The position numbers were made by a program, and so were the translations under genes. Positions 9,585 to 19,222 of a DNA stretch of 51,507 nt are shown piece by piece. Origin of the DNA: Colwellia polaris (GTDB lineage Archaea; Nanohalarchaeota; Nanosalinia; Nanosalinales; Nanosalinaceae). The notes below the pieces were generated by a model. That model was not told where the DNA came from. It searched no databases and worked only from the letters and a program-made list of their open reading frames with translations. The stretch is from positions 1 to 51,507 of the forward strand of contig JBLGBK010000004.1 in NCBI GenBank assembly GCA_047617785.1. Reading direction: 5' to 3'. Numbering within the stretch: position 1 is the first letter of the stretch; each line of letters begins with the position of its first letter.

Positions 9585-10037
9585 TCAAGGCATCAAGTTT
9601 TTCCAATATTCATTCAATTCAGGATTTCTTTCTAGTTCTTCCGCTACCAGTTTTAGTGCTGCGCCTAGTAAAACCAGGTTTTTGAGGACATAATGACCTT
9701 CAAGTGCTGGTGCATAAGGCGCCTGGTTGAAAATAACTTCTGATGCTAGCACAACCGGACTAAGTATTCCGGGGAGGTGTATAAGAAGCAGCCCCAAACC
9801 GTACCTCAGTGTTTTCTGATGAAGAAGAAGCAGCCCTATTATTATTTCGAATGTTCCTATTATTAGGAGTGCTGTTGAGGTTGGCATAAAGAATAATGTA
9901 TGTGAAATCAGTTCTTCTGCAGGACTCATGTCTATAATTTTAAGTGTGCCAAACCAGAGATAGATCAACGCTATTGAGTACTGTAGAATATAGCTGCTGT
10001 GATTGTCAAGATTGTCTAGAATGTTTTTGAAAGCCAT
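9585..10037 (-). CDS. DoxX/YkgB-like membrane protein
   Basis: IYLWFGTLKI...SPAEELI...IGTFEIIIG...EGHYVLKNLVL pattern; 3-4 TM segments. Confidence 0.75.
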   Translation of the reverse strand: MAFKNILDNLDNHSSYILQYSIALIYLWFGTLKIIDMSPAEELISHTLFFMPTSTALLIIGTFEIIIGLLLLHQKTLRYGLGLLLIHLPGILSPVVLASEVIFNQAPYAPALEGHYVLKNLVLLGAALKLVAEELERNPELNEYWKNLMP

Positions 10038-10078
10038 TTAGTCTACAAGTATGGTTTATTCGGCTTAAAGATTTTGTT

Positions 10079-10378
10079 CTATATTAACTGAGCGAGTATA
10101 TAGAGAATAGTGAGAGGTATGCTGATGTAGATTAAGTACTTCCTGTATGCATTTCCAAGATCTGTATCAATAGCAGGTTGTTCGTTTTCGTCGAACTCTA
10201 TGTTCTTTATATCTTCCTCGTAATCTTGATGATCTCCTTTCGGCATCAGTCCGGTGTAGTTGCATTCGTTGCATAGCCATTTGTTCGGATTGGATATTAT
10301 TTCTCCCAGCATGTTGGTCTTGCGCTGATCTGGTTCTACATTTGTTGAACCGCAGTTTGGGCAGAAATGTTGGTCCAT
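10079..10378 (-). CDS. Small Zn-ribbon protein with C-terminal membrane anchor (99 aa)
   Basis: CPNCGS...CNECNY pair, acidic linker and terminal hydrophobic helix. Start moved to ATG 10378 to avoid overlapping rps7. Confidence 0.75.
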   Translation of the reverse strand: MDQHFCPNCGSTNVEPDQRKTNMLGEIISNPNKWLCNECNYTGLMPKGDHQDYEEDIKNIEFDENEQPAIDTDLGNAYRKYLIYISIPLTILYILAQLI

Positions 10379-10436
10379 AGAAAGTAGATATGAATTGAGA
10401 AAGAAAAAGTCGTTGAGAAAGAAAGTAGAAGAGTGT

Positions 10437-11063
10437 TTATCGTGCGCCTTCTGCTTCCTTTTCTTTACGCTGTTTCTCTCTGACTGCTCTGATGTCGTTG
10501 TTATTGTCTGCAGCGCCAATGATCTCATCTGCAAGGACTTTGTAGGCCTTGTCCTTCTCTGCTACACGTTTCTCGTATGCTCCCTGAACGAGAAGTCGTA
10601 GTGCGAGATCTGTCCGTCTCTGAGGAGCTACTAGTACTGCTTTCCGTGCTCGAACTCCTCCTCTCTGATAGGTAACTACTTCTTCAGTTGGTGCGGAGTT
10701 TTCGATTGCCTGTACCAGTACCTGGAAGGGGTTTTCTCCTGTTTCTTCTTCGATTTCTTCCATTGTTTCTTCGAGAAGGTTCCAGAGTTTCTGGCTCTTT
10801 CCGGCGTTGTGTCCGGATGTGATGTAGTGTTTGTTTCCACGGTGTCCTGCGACATACAGGTGGTTAAGTAGTCTTTCGATTACTGGCACGTCTGCCTTGT
10901 AGAACTGTCTTTCTGTGTGACGGCCTTTGCTTCGTGGAGCCATGATGTTCTCCATGTTCAGGTATCTTACTAGTCCGTCGTCTTCGATTTCTGCTTCTTC
11001 GGCGTCCCATCGGCCGAAGGTAAGTAGTTCGTCTTCTGTCTGTATCTTGGCTGCGTTACTCAT
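10437..11063 (-). CDS. rps7: 30S ribosomal protein uS7
   Basis: ENPFQVLVQAIENSAP...PQRRTDLALR motifs; str-operon position. Confidence 0.97.
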   Translation of the reverse strand: MSNAAKIQTEDELLTFGRWDAEEAEIEDDGLVRYLNMENIMAPRSKGRHTERQFYKADVPVIERLLNHLYVAGHRGNKHYITSGHNAGKSQKLWNLLEETMEEIEEETGENPFQVLVQAIENSAPTEEVVTYQRGGVRARKAVLVAPQRRTDLALRLLVQGAYEKRVAEKDKAYKVLADEIIGAADNNNDIRAVREKQRKEKEAEGAR

Positions 11064-11070
11064 TATGTTA

Positions 11071-11493
11071 TCACCGTGTTGGCTTCTGCTGGTTTCCGGC
11101 TACGAGTTCTTCAAGTGATACGGAGTTGACTTTGACTACCTGGTATCGGACTGTTGGAATGTCTCCTTTTGGTCCGTTGTCGGCTCCTCCGATTCCTTCA
11201 ATTAGAACTTCGTCGTGCTCGTCGATGTGGTCGATTGCTCCGTCTCCTGGAACAAATGCTGTCAGCTGTTTACCGTTTTTAAGCAGCTGCACTCTTACAC
11301 ATTTACGTAGCGCGGAGTTAGGCTGTTTTGCTTCAATTACTCTTTTTTCTAGTACAATTCCACGTCCCTGTGGGCTTCCTTCGAGTGGGTCTGATTTCTC
11401 CTTCAGATTTAGCATTCTCCTTTTGTAATCGATGTCACTCCAGCGGTACTGCTGCCGCTTCTTCTTCATTTTACGTGCGTTGTATAGACCCAT
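11071..11493 (-). CDS. rps12: 30S ribosomal protein uS12
   Basis: [17 protein letters not shown]...AFVPGDG...GDIP motifs. Confidence 0.98.
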   Translation of the reverse strand: MGLYNARKMKKKRQQYRWSDIDYKRRMLNLKEKSDPLEGSPQGRGIVLEKRVIEAKQPNSALRKCVRVQLLKNGKQLTAFVPGDGAIDHIDEHDEVLIEGIGGADNGPKGDIPTVRYQVVKVNSVSLEELVAGNQQKPTR

Positions 11494-11548
11494 TTGTACA
11501 AGAAAATCTAGAAGTTAAGTTTTTTATACCCGGTTGTTAAGTGGGATT

Positions 11549-13108
11549 TTAGTTCAGCTTTTTCAGGAATTGATAGGCGGCTGTACCTAGTGCTGCTGAA
11601 CCAACTATCTTGAGATCAGGACTTTGTTGGGCTATCAGGAAGAAACCTCCAAGCAGCAGACTTGCTGTGATCATTTCATCACCCTGGTTTTGAGGGTTGT
11701 CTAAATTTACATTAACCTCCTGCTGTTCGCTGTCCTCTTTCAGCTTGGTGAAGGGTTTCTCTATCAGGTCTTTGTTCTGTATCAGGTCTATAGCGGTTTT
11801 CTCTAGGTCTGGTTTGTTCTGTTTAATCAGTATTTTCTGCGCTGTATTTTTGTACTGATCTTTTATCTGGAATTCTGGGTAGATAGCGAGGCCAATACCT
11901 TCCATTGTTAAAAGGCTCTTTCCCATTAAGGCAAAACTTGTAGGCATGTATATGCCGTACTGACCTGCCTTAATTGATATTTCGACCATTTCCCTGCTGA
12001 TACTGTGATTTTTCAGCTTAGACTCCTTGATGAGGCGTATTTTTTCTCCTAGAACTTTTTTGAACTCTTCGGGATTTGCATCTTCTTCTATTGACCCCAT
12101 TTCTTTGATTATGTCAAGCGCGGCATCAGTGTCTTCATTGATTGTGTGGATGAATAGTAGACTGATTTTTCTACGTTGATCTTTGTTTAGTTGGCCTATC
12201 ATACCGAAGTCTAGGTATGCAATCTTGCTATTTTCCTGTATCAGGAAATTGGAAGGGTGTGGATCTGCGTGGTAGAATCCATCTCGAAGAGTTTGCTTTA
12301 GCCCTGCTCTCACAGCAGTTTCTGCAATTTCTTCAGATTCAATATCCATTTCCTTGAGTTTTTCGCTCTCTGTGCATTTTGCCCCTTCTATAAACTCCAT
12401 CACAAATACCTTCTCTGTGCTGTGGTCGGGATAGGTTTCCGGTATCTTTATTCGTTCTTCCTGAATGTTGTTGTCTAATTTCTCGGCGTTTATGCGTTCT
12501 TTCTCTAGATCAAGTTCATTTCGTGTCCACTCTGAGAATTCTTTAGTCAGTTTCTTTACACGCATGTCTTTCATTTTCTTGCTGTGTTTCTCAGCTCTAC
12601 TTGCGAGGAACTGAAGTATTTCTAGATCGGTCTTTACCTGCTCTTTGATTCCAGGTCTTCTGATCTTGACTGCTACATCGTCACCATTTTCGAGTGTTGC
12701 ACGGTGTACCTGTGCAATTGATGCTGCGGCTACAGGTTCTTCGTGGAATTCTTTGAAGTTTTCTAGCCCTATCTCTTCGTCAACTATTTTCCGGGCTTTC
12801 TGGTTGGAGAAAGATTCAACTGAGTCTTCTAGCTTCTGAAGCTCTTCTGTATATCTTTTTGGTAGAATGTCCGGTCTCTGCGCCATTATCTGACCGAACT
12901 TGATGAATGTAGTGCCTAGTTCCTCCAGTGTTTTACGGAGTCTCTCTGGTGGAGGGATATCGTTATCTCTGTTTATCCTTTTGGTAAAAGGTATCCGGTG
13001 GGCTAGATGAAGTTTGTCTAGTATATAACTTGCTTCTTCTGATACTAGCGTTTGGATGATATCATCAAATCTCTTGATATCGTTGATCTCTCTTCTAACC
13101 GGATTCAT
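11549..13108 (-). CDS. ABC1/UbiB/AarF-family atypical kinase with C-terminal membrane helices
   Basis: IKFGQ (KxGQ), AAASIAQVH, VAVKIRRP, HADPHPSN and LDFG motifs. Confidence 0.93.
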   Translation of the reverse strand: MNPVRREINDIKRFDDIIQTLVSEEASYILDKLHLAHRIPFTKRINRDNDIPPPERLRKTLEELGTTFIKFGQIMAQRPDILPKRYTEELQKLEDSVESFSNQKARKIVDEEIGLENFKEFHEEPVAAASIAQVHRATLENGDDVAVKIRRPGIKEQVKTDLEILQFLASRAEKHSKKMKDMRVKKLTKEFSEWTRNELDLEKERINAEKLDNNIQEERIKIPETYPDHSTEKVFVMEFIEGAKCTESEKLKEMDIESEEIAETAVRAGLKQTLRDGFYHADPHPSNFLIQENSKIAYLDFGMIGQLNKDQRRKISLLFIHTINEDTDAALDIIKEMGSIEEDANPEEFKKVLGEKIRLIKESKLKNHSISREMVEISIKAGQYGIYMPTSFALMGKSLLTMEGIGLAIYPEFQIKDQYKNTAQKILIKQNKPDLEKTAIDLIQNKDLIEKPFTKLKEDSEQQEVNVNLDNPQNQGDEMITASLLLGGFFLIAQQSPDLKIVGSAALGTAAYQFLKKLN

Positions 13109-13241
13109 ATAGACTTTATTCGTTTCAATTCCAGTTAAAGAACAGGGGTCTGTTCTTTAGAACGAAATGATCCTTCTTGTTCTGCTCGCGGTGACAGATT
13201 TAATGTAAAGGTGATGTAGAGGGAATGTGGAAGTAGGTTGT

Positions 13242-13664
13242 TTATTGGACTGTTACTTCGTCTACGTTGTGTGTACGTTTGAGAATCTCTCTGATTGTAT
13301 CGATCTTCTCTCCGTTCTTACCTACTACTCGTCCCTTGTTCTTCTGCGGTACGCTGATCTCTACTTTCTTCTTTCCATCTTCTTCTGTAATGTCTACTCC
13401 TCGTAGATTGCTTGGAACAACGTTTGAGATGAACTTTCCTAGGTTGTCACTGTATTCGTAGATCTTAACTTCTTTTCCAAGACGGTCTTGTACTTTCTGT
13501 ACTACTTTTCCGCCTTTTCCAATAGCCATTCCTGCCTTTCCTTCAGGGACGATGAAATAAGCTTCATCTTCCTTGATGATGCAGTCTCTAGCCTGTACAT
13601 CTGTCAGTGATTCGAACATGTTAATGTTCCGGATCATTTCTGTGTCGTATGTTGCTGTAGCCAT
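13242..13664 (-). CDS. nusA: Archaeal NusA (two KH domains)
   Basis: GMAIGKGG and GRVVGKNG KH GxxG loops; follows rpoA''. Confidence 0.95.
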   Translation of the reverse strand: MATATYDTEMIRNINMFESLTDVQARDCIIKEDEAYFIVPEGKAGMAIGKGGKVVQKVQDRLGKEVKIYEYSDNLGKFISNVVPSNLRGVDITEEDGKKKVEISVPQKNKGRVVGKNGEKIDTIREILKRTHNVDEVTVQ

Positions 13665-13727
13665 AATATTGTGCCTTCTGAGTAAGTGTGTATCAAATAA
13701 ATGAATAGGAAGTTTTTTTAAATGGTT

Positions 13728-14840
13728 TTACTCCTCGTCACCGAAACCAGGTTTTAAGTCAACTTCTCCTGTACCGACTGGTACTGGTTGACCTGTTACG
13801 ATGTTTTCGACAACTCCTTCAAGAGGATCTTTTTCTCCCTTTAGGGAGCCTTCACGGAGATGCTTCTTTGTTTCCTCAAATACTGCTCGAGCGAGCATGG
13901 ATTCCTTGTTTCCAACGATTCCGTAACGTGTGGTTCCGTTGAGCTCTCCTTCTTTAGTCATCATGTCTGCTAGGAGCATGATGTGGCGGTTGTCTACACC
14001 GATTCCCTGTTTTGCAAGCGTTTCGTTAATCTCGTCGATAATTCTTTTACGAAGGGATTCTACTCCGAGTACGCTATGTACTTCAAACAGGTCGTTACTT
14101 ATGGTGCGGGTTGCGTCTACTTCCTTGATTTTAAGGGTTTTACGTAGAGAGCTTCCAGCAGTCTGAAGCTGCCACTCTCCATCATCTTCATTGATAACAA
14201 CTTGGTCGATTCCCTTGATTCCTTTGATACGTGCATCTTCGGTTTTGTTCTTCAAGTCTTTCAGATCTCTAAGATCGTAGTCATCCTCGCTGCTTTCCAA
14301 GGTTACTGTGTTGCCATCAACGGTGACTTTGGATCTTCTAACTGAGTCCTTAACCTGTTCACGTACCTCTTCGGTAGTAATGTCATAATCTTCAAGCAGA
14401 TCGGGGTTGAGATCATATTCTACGTGAAGCTGCATGATGTCGATAGTGTCTTTCCGGATTAGGTCCTGGAATTTCACTTCTCGTAGCTTTCTTGCAAGTC
14501 TCTTTGCATCTTCCTTGCTGTTGAAGTCCTCTTTGAGGTAAACATCCATCGCCGGCGTCTTAGGGTTGCGGCGTGCATCCACAATTTCTTCCAGCCGTGG
14601 TAGTCCTGCGGTAAGGGATACCTGGGCGCCTCCTGCCTGGTGGTATGTTTCCATTGTCATCTGAGTGGCAGGTTCTGCCATGGACTGTGCAGCGATCATC
14701 CCGATAGCTTCACCGGGTTCGTACTGCATCTGTTCATAGCGTTCTTTCAGGTTTTCTTTAGTTTCGTCGTCCAGGTCAAGTCCCTGATACTTTTCAGGAA
14801 GTTCCTGTGCTCTGTCTTTCCAGTTAATCTGTTCTGTCAT
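13728..14840 (-). CDS. rpoA2: RNA polymerase subunit A'' (Rpo1C)
   Basis: PGEAIG...AAQSMAEPATQMTM...GLPRL and ENIVTGQPVPVGTG motifs. Confidence 0.98.
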   Translation of the reverse strand: MTEQINWKDRAQELPEKYQGLDLDDETKENLKERYEQMQYEPGEAIGMIAAQSMAEPATQMTMETYHQAGGAQVSLTAGLPRLEEIVDARRNPKTPAMDVYLKEDFNSKEDAKRLARKLREVKFQDLIRKDTIDIMQLHVEYDLNPDLLEDYDITTEEVREQVKDSVRRSKVTVDGNTVTLESSEDDYDLRDLKDLKNKTEDARIKGIKGIDQVVINEDDGEWQLQTAGSSLRKTLKIKEVDATRTISNDLFEVHSVLGVESLRKRIIDEINETLAKQGIGVDNRHIMLLADMMTKEGELNGTTRYGIVGNKESMLARAVFEETKKHLREGSLKGEKDPLEGVVENIVTGQPVPVGTGEVDLKPGFGDEE

Positions 14841-14852
14841 TTTATTCCACCT

Positions 14853-17324
14853 CTAATTCTGATCTGTGGAGATGTTTGTTGAGATTTTACCTCTGTCAGA
14901 CTTCTGCGGATCAAGTCCGTCCTCTCCTGCACGGAACTGGATGATGTCTCCCTGCGCATTTCTAACTGTCTGGTCATATTGGACCTTCAAGTCCTGAAGT
15001 GAGTTGGAGATACGTCTATACATGTATCCTGAAGTCTTGGTACGGAGTGACTTGTCCATCAGCGCCTTTCTCTGGCTCATCTGGTGGAAAAAGATCTCCT
15101 GAGCGTCAAGTCCTTCCAGAATACTGGAAGAAACAAATCCTCGAGACTTTGCACTTAACTCGTTCTTCTTGAAGTGACTGAGTGTTCTCTCTTTGTATCC
15201 TCTTTCAATTCTTTGTTCACGTACGGAGTTCTGCCCAAGAAGCCCTGCCATTGTTGTAACGTTCTGTAGGGAACCTCTTGCTCCTGAGTCTGCCATGATG
15301 TATGCTGAGGATTCGTTGTCAACTTGTTCAGATACAAGATCTCCGATCTCTGTGAAAGCTTCATTCAGCTTCTTCGTGATCTGGATCTCTCGTGTCTGTT
15401 CAAGTGTCTTACCTGTAATTGCTTCCATCTTGCCCTGTTCGTACTCTGTGATCAGTTCCTCTGTGTCCTCTACAGTATCATCCACGATATCATGGATTTC
15501 TTCTGTTGATTCATCGCTGATCTCAAGATCTTCAAGGCTGATGGAGAATCCTCTCTGTGTTAGGAAGATTGCACCAACTCTTGATACACGGTTGAGGAAC
15601 TCAGCAACTTTGTCGCTTCCGTATTCAATATCGAGCTGCTGGATAATTTCTCCACCGTAGTCTCCAAGAGCATCCTCGTCAAGCACTCCTTCTACTAGTT
15701 CTCCTTCTTCGATTACTACTTCGTCATCTTCTCCTTCGTTGATTGTCAGGGAGATATCGTTTGGTATAAAGAGTGAAACGAGTTCTCTTCCGCTGATCTC
15801 TTCTTTTTCTGGAAGTTCTGCTTCGTACTGGCCTGCTTCAACTAGTAGGTTGAGGGCTTTTTCACGGTCAAGTGTACGTTCTTCCTGTGTAAGTAGGTAA
15901 AGTCCTGAAACGAAGTCCTGTAGCATTCCTACGATTGGTCCTCCCATCTTTGGTGACTTGATGTGTTCTTGTACAAGCATTAGCTGTTCTGCTTCTGCAC
16001 GTGCTTCTTCTGTCTGTGGTACGTGGAGGTTCATCTCGTCTCCGTCGAAGTCTGCGTTGTAAGGTGCGCAAACGTTCAGGTTTAGACGGAAGGTACGGTA
16101 TGGAAGTACTCGGACTTTGTGTGCCATGATGGACATACGGTGTAGTGATGGCTGTCGGTTGAACAGTACTGTGTCTTCATCCTTAATGTGTCGCTCAACT
16201 TTCCATCCTTCGCCGGGTTCAATCAGTTCAACTATTTCGTCCAGGTTTTCATCTGTAAGTCTTCTGCGGCTTCCATCTGGTTGGAATACGTAGTTTGCTC
16301 CTGGATGTTCTTCAGGTCCTCTCTTAACTGCTTCGATCAGTTCATCGTAGTTTCTCTCTGTGACTTTTTCTGGTATTGTCAGTTTCTTTGCTACTACGAA
16401 AGGTACTCCGACCTCGTTGATTCCTATGTTAGGGTCAGGGGTAATTACTGTTCGTGCTGAGAAGTTGACTCTTTTTCCGATAAGGTTCTGTCGGAAACGT
16501 CCCTGCTTACCTTGTACACGCTCGATGATAGACTTGAGTGAACGTCCGGATCTGTGGCGTGCAGGTGGTACGCTGCTCATGTCGTTGTAGAAAAGTGTTG
16601 AAACGTGGTACTGAAGCAGTTCGTGCAGGTCGTCGATAATGAAGTCTGGTGCTTCAATCTCGATGTTGTTCTGAAGCCGCTTGTTAATACGAATTACGTC
16701 GACCAGTTTGTGTGTGATGTCGTCCTCACTTCTTTCTCCTGTTTCCAGTGTGATTGAAGGACGCATTGTTACAGGTGGTACTGGTAGAGTATCTATTACT
16801 AGGTCTTCTGGATCGTTGTTCTCTACTCCAAGTACTTCTGCGTCTTCTGGATCGATTTCTCCAAGTCTTTCCTTGATATCTTCAGGTGTCAGTTTTTCAC
16901 CTTCTTGATAGTATGTGTATGGTTTTTCTAGATCTGCGTCCAGTGCTTCTGCGTCACATTCGGGGCAGTTGTTAGGCATGTTGGATTTACGTAGTGCCTT
17001 GTCTTCGTCCTTGATTACCAGGCTGTTACATTCGTGGCATGTGAAACGTAGAAGGTTTCTGATTTTCTTTGCGTACAGAACGTGAACTACAGGACGAGAA
17101 AGAGTGATTCTTCCGAAGTGTCCTTTACATTCTCGGATTCGTCCGCCGCATGTCTGGCAGGTCATTCCTGGGTCGATTACTCCTAGTGCTGGGTCCATGA
17201 CTCCGTCTTCGACGGGGAATCCGTCTGCGTCGTATACTTCTGCTTTGTCTATCTCTTTGACTGCCATCTCATCAACTTTCTCTGAGCTGAGAATGGAAAA
17301 GTCGATTGATTGTAGATTTTTCAT
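14853..17324 (-). CDS. rpoA1: RNA polymerase subunit A' (Rpo1N)
   Basis: Catalytic YNADFDGDEMN, GKRVNFSAR and NRQPSLH motifs, plus Zn-binding CxxC pairs. Confidence 0.99.
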   Translation of the reverse strand: MKNLQSIDFSILSSEKVDEMAVKEIDKAEVYDADGFPVEDGVMDPALGVIDPGMTCQTCGGRIRECKGHFGRITLSRPVVHVLYAKKIRNLLRFTCHECNSLVIKDEDKALRKSNMPNNCPECDAEALDADLEKPYTYYQEGEKLTPEDIKERLGEIDPEDAEVLGVENNDPEDLVIDTLPVPPVTMRPSITLETGERSEDDITHKLVDVIRINKRLQNNIEIEAPDFIIDDLHELLQYHVSTLFYNDMSSVPPARHRSGRSLKSIIERVQGKQGRFRQNLIGKRVNFSARTVITPDPNIGINEVGVPFVVAKKLTIPEKVTERNYDELIEAVKRGPEEHPGANYVFQPDGSRRRLTDENLDEIVELIEPGEGWKVERHIKDEDTVLFNRQPSLHRMSIMAHKVRVLPYRTFRLNLNVCAPYNADFDGDEMNLHVPQTEEARAEAEQLMLVQEHIKSPKMGGPIVGMLQDFVSGLYLLTQEERTLDREKALNLLVEAGQYEAELPEKEEISGRELVSLFIPNDISLTINEGEDDEVVIEEGELVEGVLDEDALGDYGGEIIQQLDIEYGSDKVAEFLNRVSRVGAIFLTQRGFSISLEDLEISDESTEEIHDIVDDTVEDTEELITEYEQGKMEAITGKTLEQTREIQITKKLNEAFTEIGDLVSEQVDNESSAYIMADSGARGSLQNVTTMAGLLGQNSVREQRIERGYKERTLSHFKKNELSAKSRGFVSSSILEGLDAQEIFFHQMSQRKALMDKSLRTKTSGYMYRRISNSLQDLKVQYDQTVRNAQGDIIQFRAGEDGLDPQKSDRGKISTNISTDQN

Positions 17325-17335
17325 TTTTTGATCAC

Positions 17336-19135
17336 CTATTTGTCGTCAAGTTCAAGTTCTGTGTCGATCATCATGGATTTTAGCTCATTGAGTAGTAGCA
17401 GGAATGCATGAGGGATTTCGGCTTCTTCACTATCACTGCTGTGACAGCTTGGACAGTAGACTTCATTGTTATCGTGGTCTTCAACTGCGATTTCTCCACA
17501 GTTCTCACAGACCTTGATTTCTGTGCTGTCAGCTCCGAATCTTTCCTTGAGTAGTAGGGATGCTCCGTGTCCTACGAAGACATCCTTTTCCATCTCTCCA
17601 AGTCGGAGTCCTCCTTCCTGGCTTCTTCCTTCGGTTGGCTGTTTTGTAAGTAGTGTGACTGGTCCTCTGCTTCTTGCGTGGACCTTGTCTCCAACCATGT
17701 GGCTTAGCTTGAGGTAATATCCAGGTCCGATCAGGATGTCTGCTTCCATTTCTTCTCCGGTTACTCCGTTATACATTGTTTCCTTTCCGGATCTCTGGAA
17801 TCCTAGTTCTTCAAGTTGGTCTCTGATTTCGTCTTTGTTTTCGTTGTGGTATGCGGTTCCATCTACCTGTTCTCCACGCATAGCTGCCGTCTTACCAGCG
17901 ATCAGTTCGATCAGCTGTGACACGGTCATACGGCTTGGGATAGCGTGTGTGGAAAGGATGATGTCTGGTGTGATTCCCTGTCGGGTGAAAGGCATGTTTT
18001 CTTCCGGTACTATCATTCCGACTGTTCCTTTCTGTCCGTGTCGTGTTGCGAACTTGTCTCCAAGTTCTGGGATTCGGTATTCTCTTAGCTTAGTCTTGAT
18101 TAGTTTGTCTCCATCGCTAGTCTCTGAGACCATTACCGTGTCGACTTTACCTTGTTCTCCGTGTCTTACGGATAGACTGGTTTCTCGCTTGTCTGCTAAT
18201 CCCATCTGTACTTCGTCTCCGCCACCGCTTCCTAGGAACTTTGGCGGTGAGACTTTTCCGACGATTACGTCGTCGCTGTCTAGGTCTGTCTCTGGATTTG
18301 CGATTCCGTCTTCGTCTAGGTGAGAGTATACTTCTTCTCTTCTGTATCCGCGGACGTCTTTGTTCGGGATTCCTATTTCGTCTTGCTGTCCTCCCCAGTA
18401 TCTCTGTGCTTCTGTCTGGTACTTTCGGAGGTATGTGGATCGTGCCATTCCTCTGTCGATTGAGGCTTGGTTCATGATTACTGCGTCCTCGATGTTGTAG
18501 CCATCAAAGGATGCAAGTGCTACGATCATGTTCTGTCCAATTGGATGCTGTCCGAGAAGTTTGTCGTAAGTATTTGTTTCTACGATTGGGTGTTGTGCGT
18601 AGCTTAGAATGTTGCTTCGGGTATCGAATCTTTGGTGGAACTCTCTTGTTGGCATTCCTAGTCCCTGACCGCTCATCTTTGCTCCGAAATTAACTCGGTC
18701 TCCTCGGTTGTGTTCTGGGTAGACTACGAGTGAAGCTGAGATACCGTAGATGATCTCTGGATCGATTTCGAGGTGTGTATGTTCTTCTGTGACTTCTTCC
18801 TCGTCCATTGCTACATACGCGTCTTCTTCCTCTTCTGCGTCAAGGTATTCAATCTTTCCTTCTTCGTCGAGTTCTTCTAGGGTTAGCTCTCCTTCTTCAA
18901 GTTTTTCACGGTCTTCATCCTTAAGTTGAGGTTCTCCGTCTTCAACGATTATTGCAGGGCGCATGACTCGTCCGGAATCGGTGTTAACTCTGATCTCGTC
19001 CTTATCTTCGCTGTAGTGCACGCTGACTTCTTTCTCGATTTCGCCATTTCTTCTTTTCTCAATAAGGTTTTCTCTAATTTCCTGTGGATCTTCCACGTCG
19101 TCGATAATCTGGCCGTCTAGGAATACATCTGTCAT
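17336..19135 (-). CDS. rpoB1: RNA polymerase subunit B' (Rpo2C)
   Basis: GYNIEDA, GDKFATRHGQKG, HAIPSRMT and GGLRLGEME motifs; C-terminal Zn ribbon. Confidence 0.99.
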   Translation of the reverse strand: MTDVFLDGQIIDDVEDPQEIRENLIEKRRNGEIEKEVSVHYSEDKDEIRVNTDSGRVMRPAIIVEDGEPQLKDEDREKLEEGELTLEELDEEGKIEYLDAEEEEDAYVAMDEEEVTEEHTHLEIDPEIIYGISASLVVYPEHNRGDRVNFGAKMSGQGLGMPTREFHQRFDTRSNILSYAQHPIVETNTYDKLLGQHPIGQNMIVALASFDGYNIEDAVIMNQASIDRGMARSTYLRKYQTEAQRYWGGQQDEIGIPNKDVRGYRREEVYSHLDEDGIANPETDLDSDDVIVGKVSPPKFLGSGGGDEVQMGLADKRETSLSVRHGEQGKVDTVMVSETSDGDKLIKTKLREYRIPELGDKFATRHGQKGTVGMIVPEENMPFTRQGITPDIILSTHAIPSRMTVSQLIELIAGKTAAMRGEQVDGTAYHNENKDEIRDQLEELGFQRSGKETMYNGVTGEEMEADILIGPGYYLKLSHMVGDKVHARSRGPVTLLTKQPTEGRSQEGGLRLGEMEKDVFVGHGASLLLKERFGADSTEIKVCENCGEIAVEDHDNNEVYCPSCHSSDSEEAEIPHAFLLLLNELKSMMIDTELELDDK

Positions 19136-19138
19136 TTT

Positions 19139-19213
19139 CTAGATCACTTCCTCTTCAACGGTTTCCAGATTTTCAAGTGCGCAAAGTTTCATAGTATTGG
19201 TTTTGGATTTCAT
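19139..19213 (-). CDS. Possible 24-aa microprotein between rpoB'' and rpoB' (MKSKTNTMKLCALENLETVEEEVI)
   Basis: ATG...TAG ORF in the same frame as both rpoB halves, preceded by SD-like GAGTGAT. Too short for the ORF track. Confidence 0.3.
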   Translation of the reverse strand: MKSKTNTMKLCALENLETVEEEVI

Positions 19214-19222
19214 TTGATTGAA

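Noticed and set aside
10379-10534. N-terminal extension of the Zn-ribbon ORF; likewise the track starts at 4237, 28508, 29330 and 44290
   Set aside because: They overlap upstream genes, terminators or SD sites; downstream ATGs fit better.
13140-13182. Imperfect hairpin between nusA and the ABC1 kinase gene
   Set aside because: It depends on several G-U pairs that form only on the non-coding strand; not distinguishable from chance by eye.
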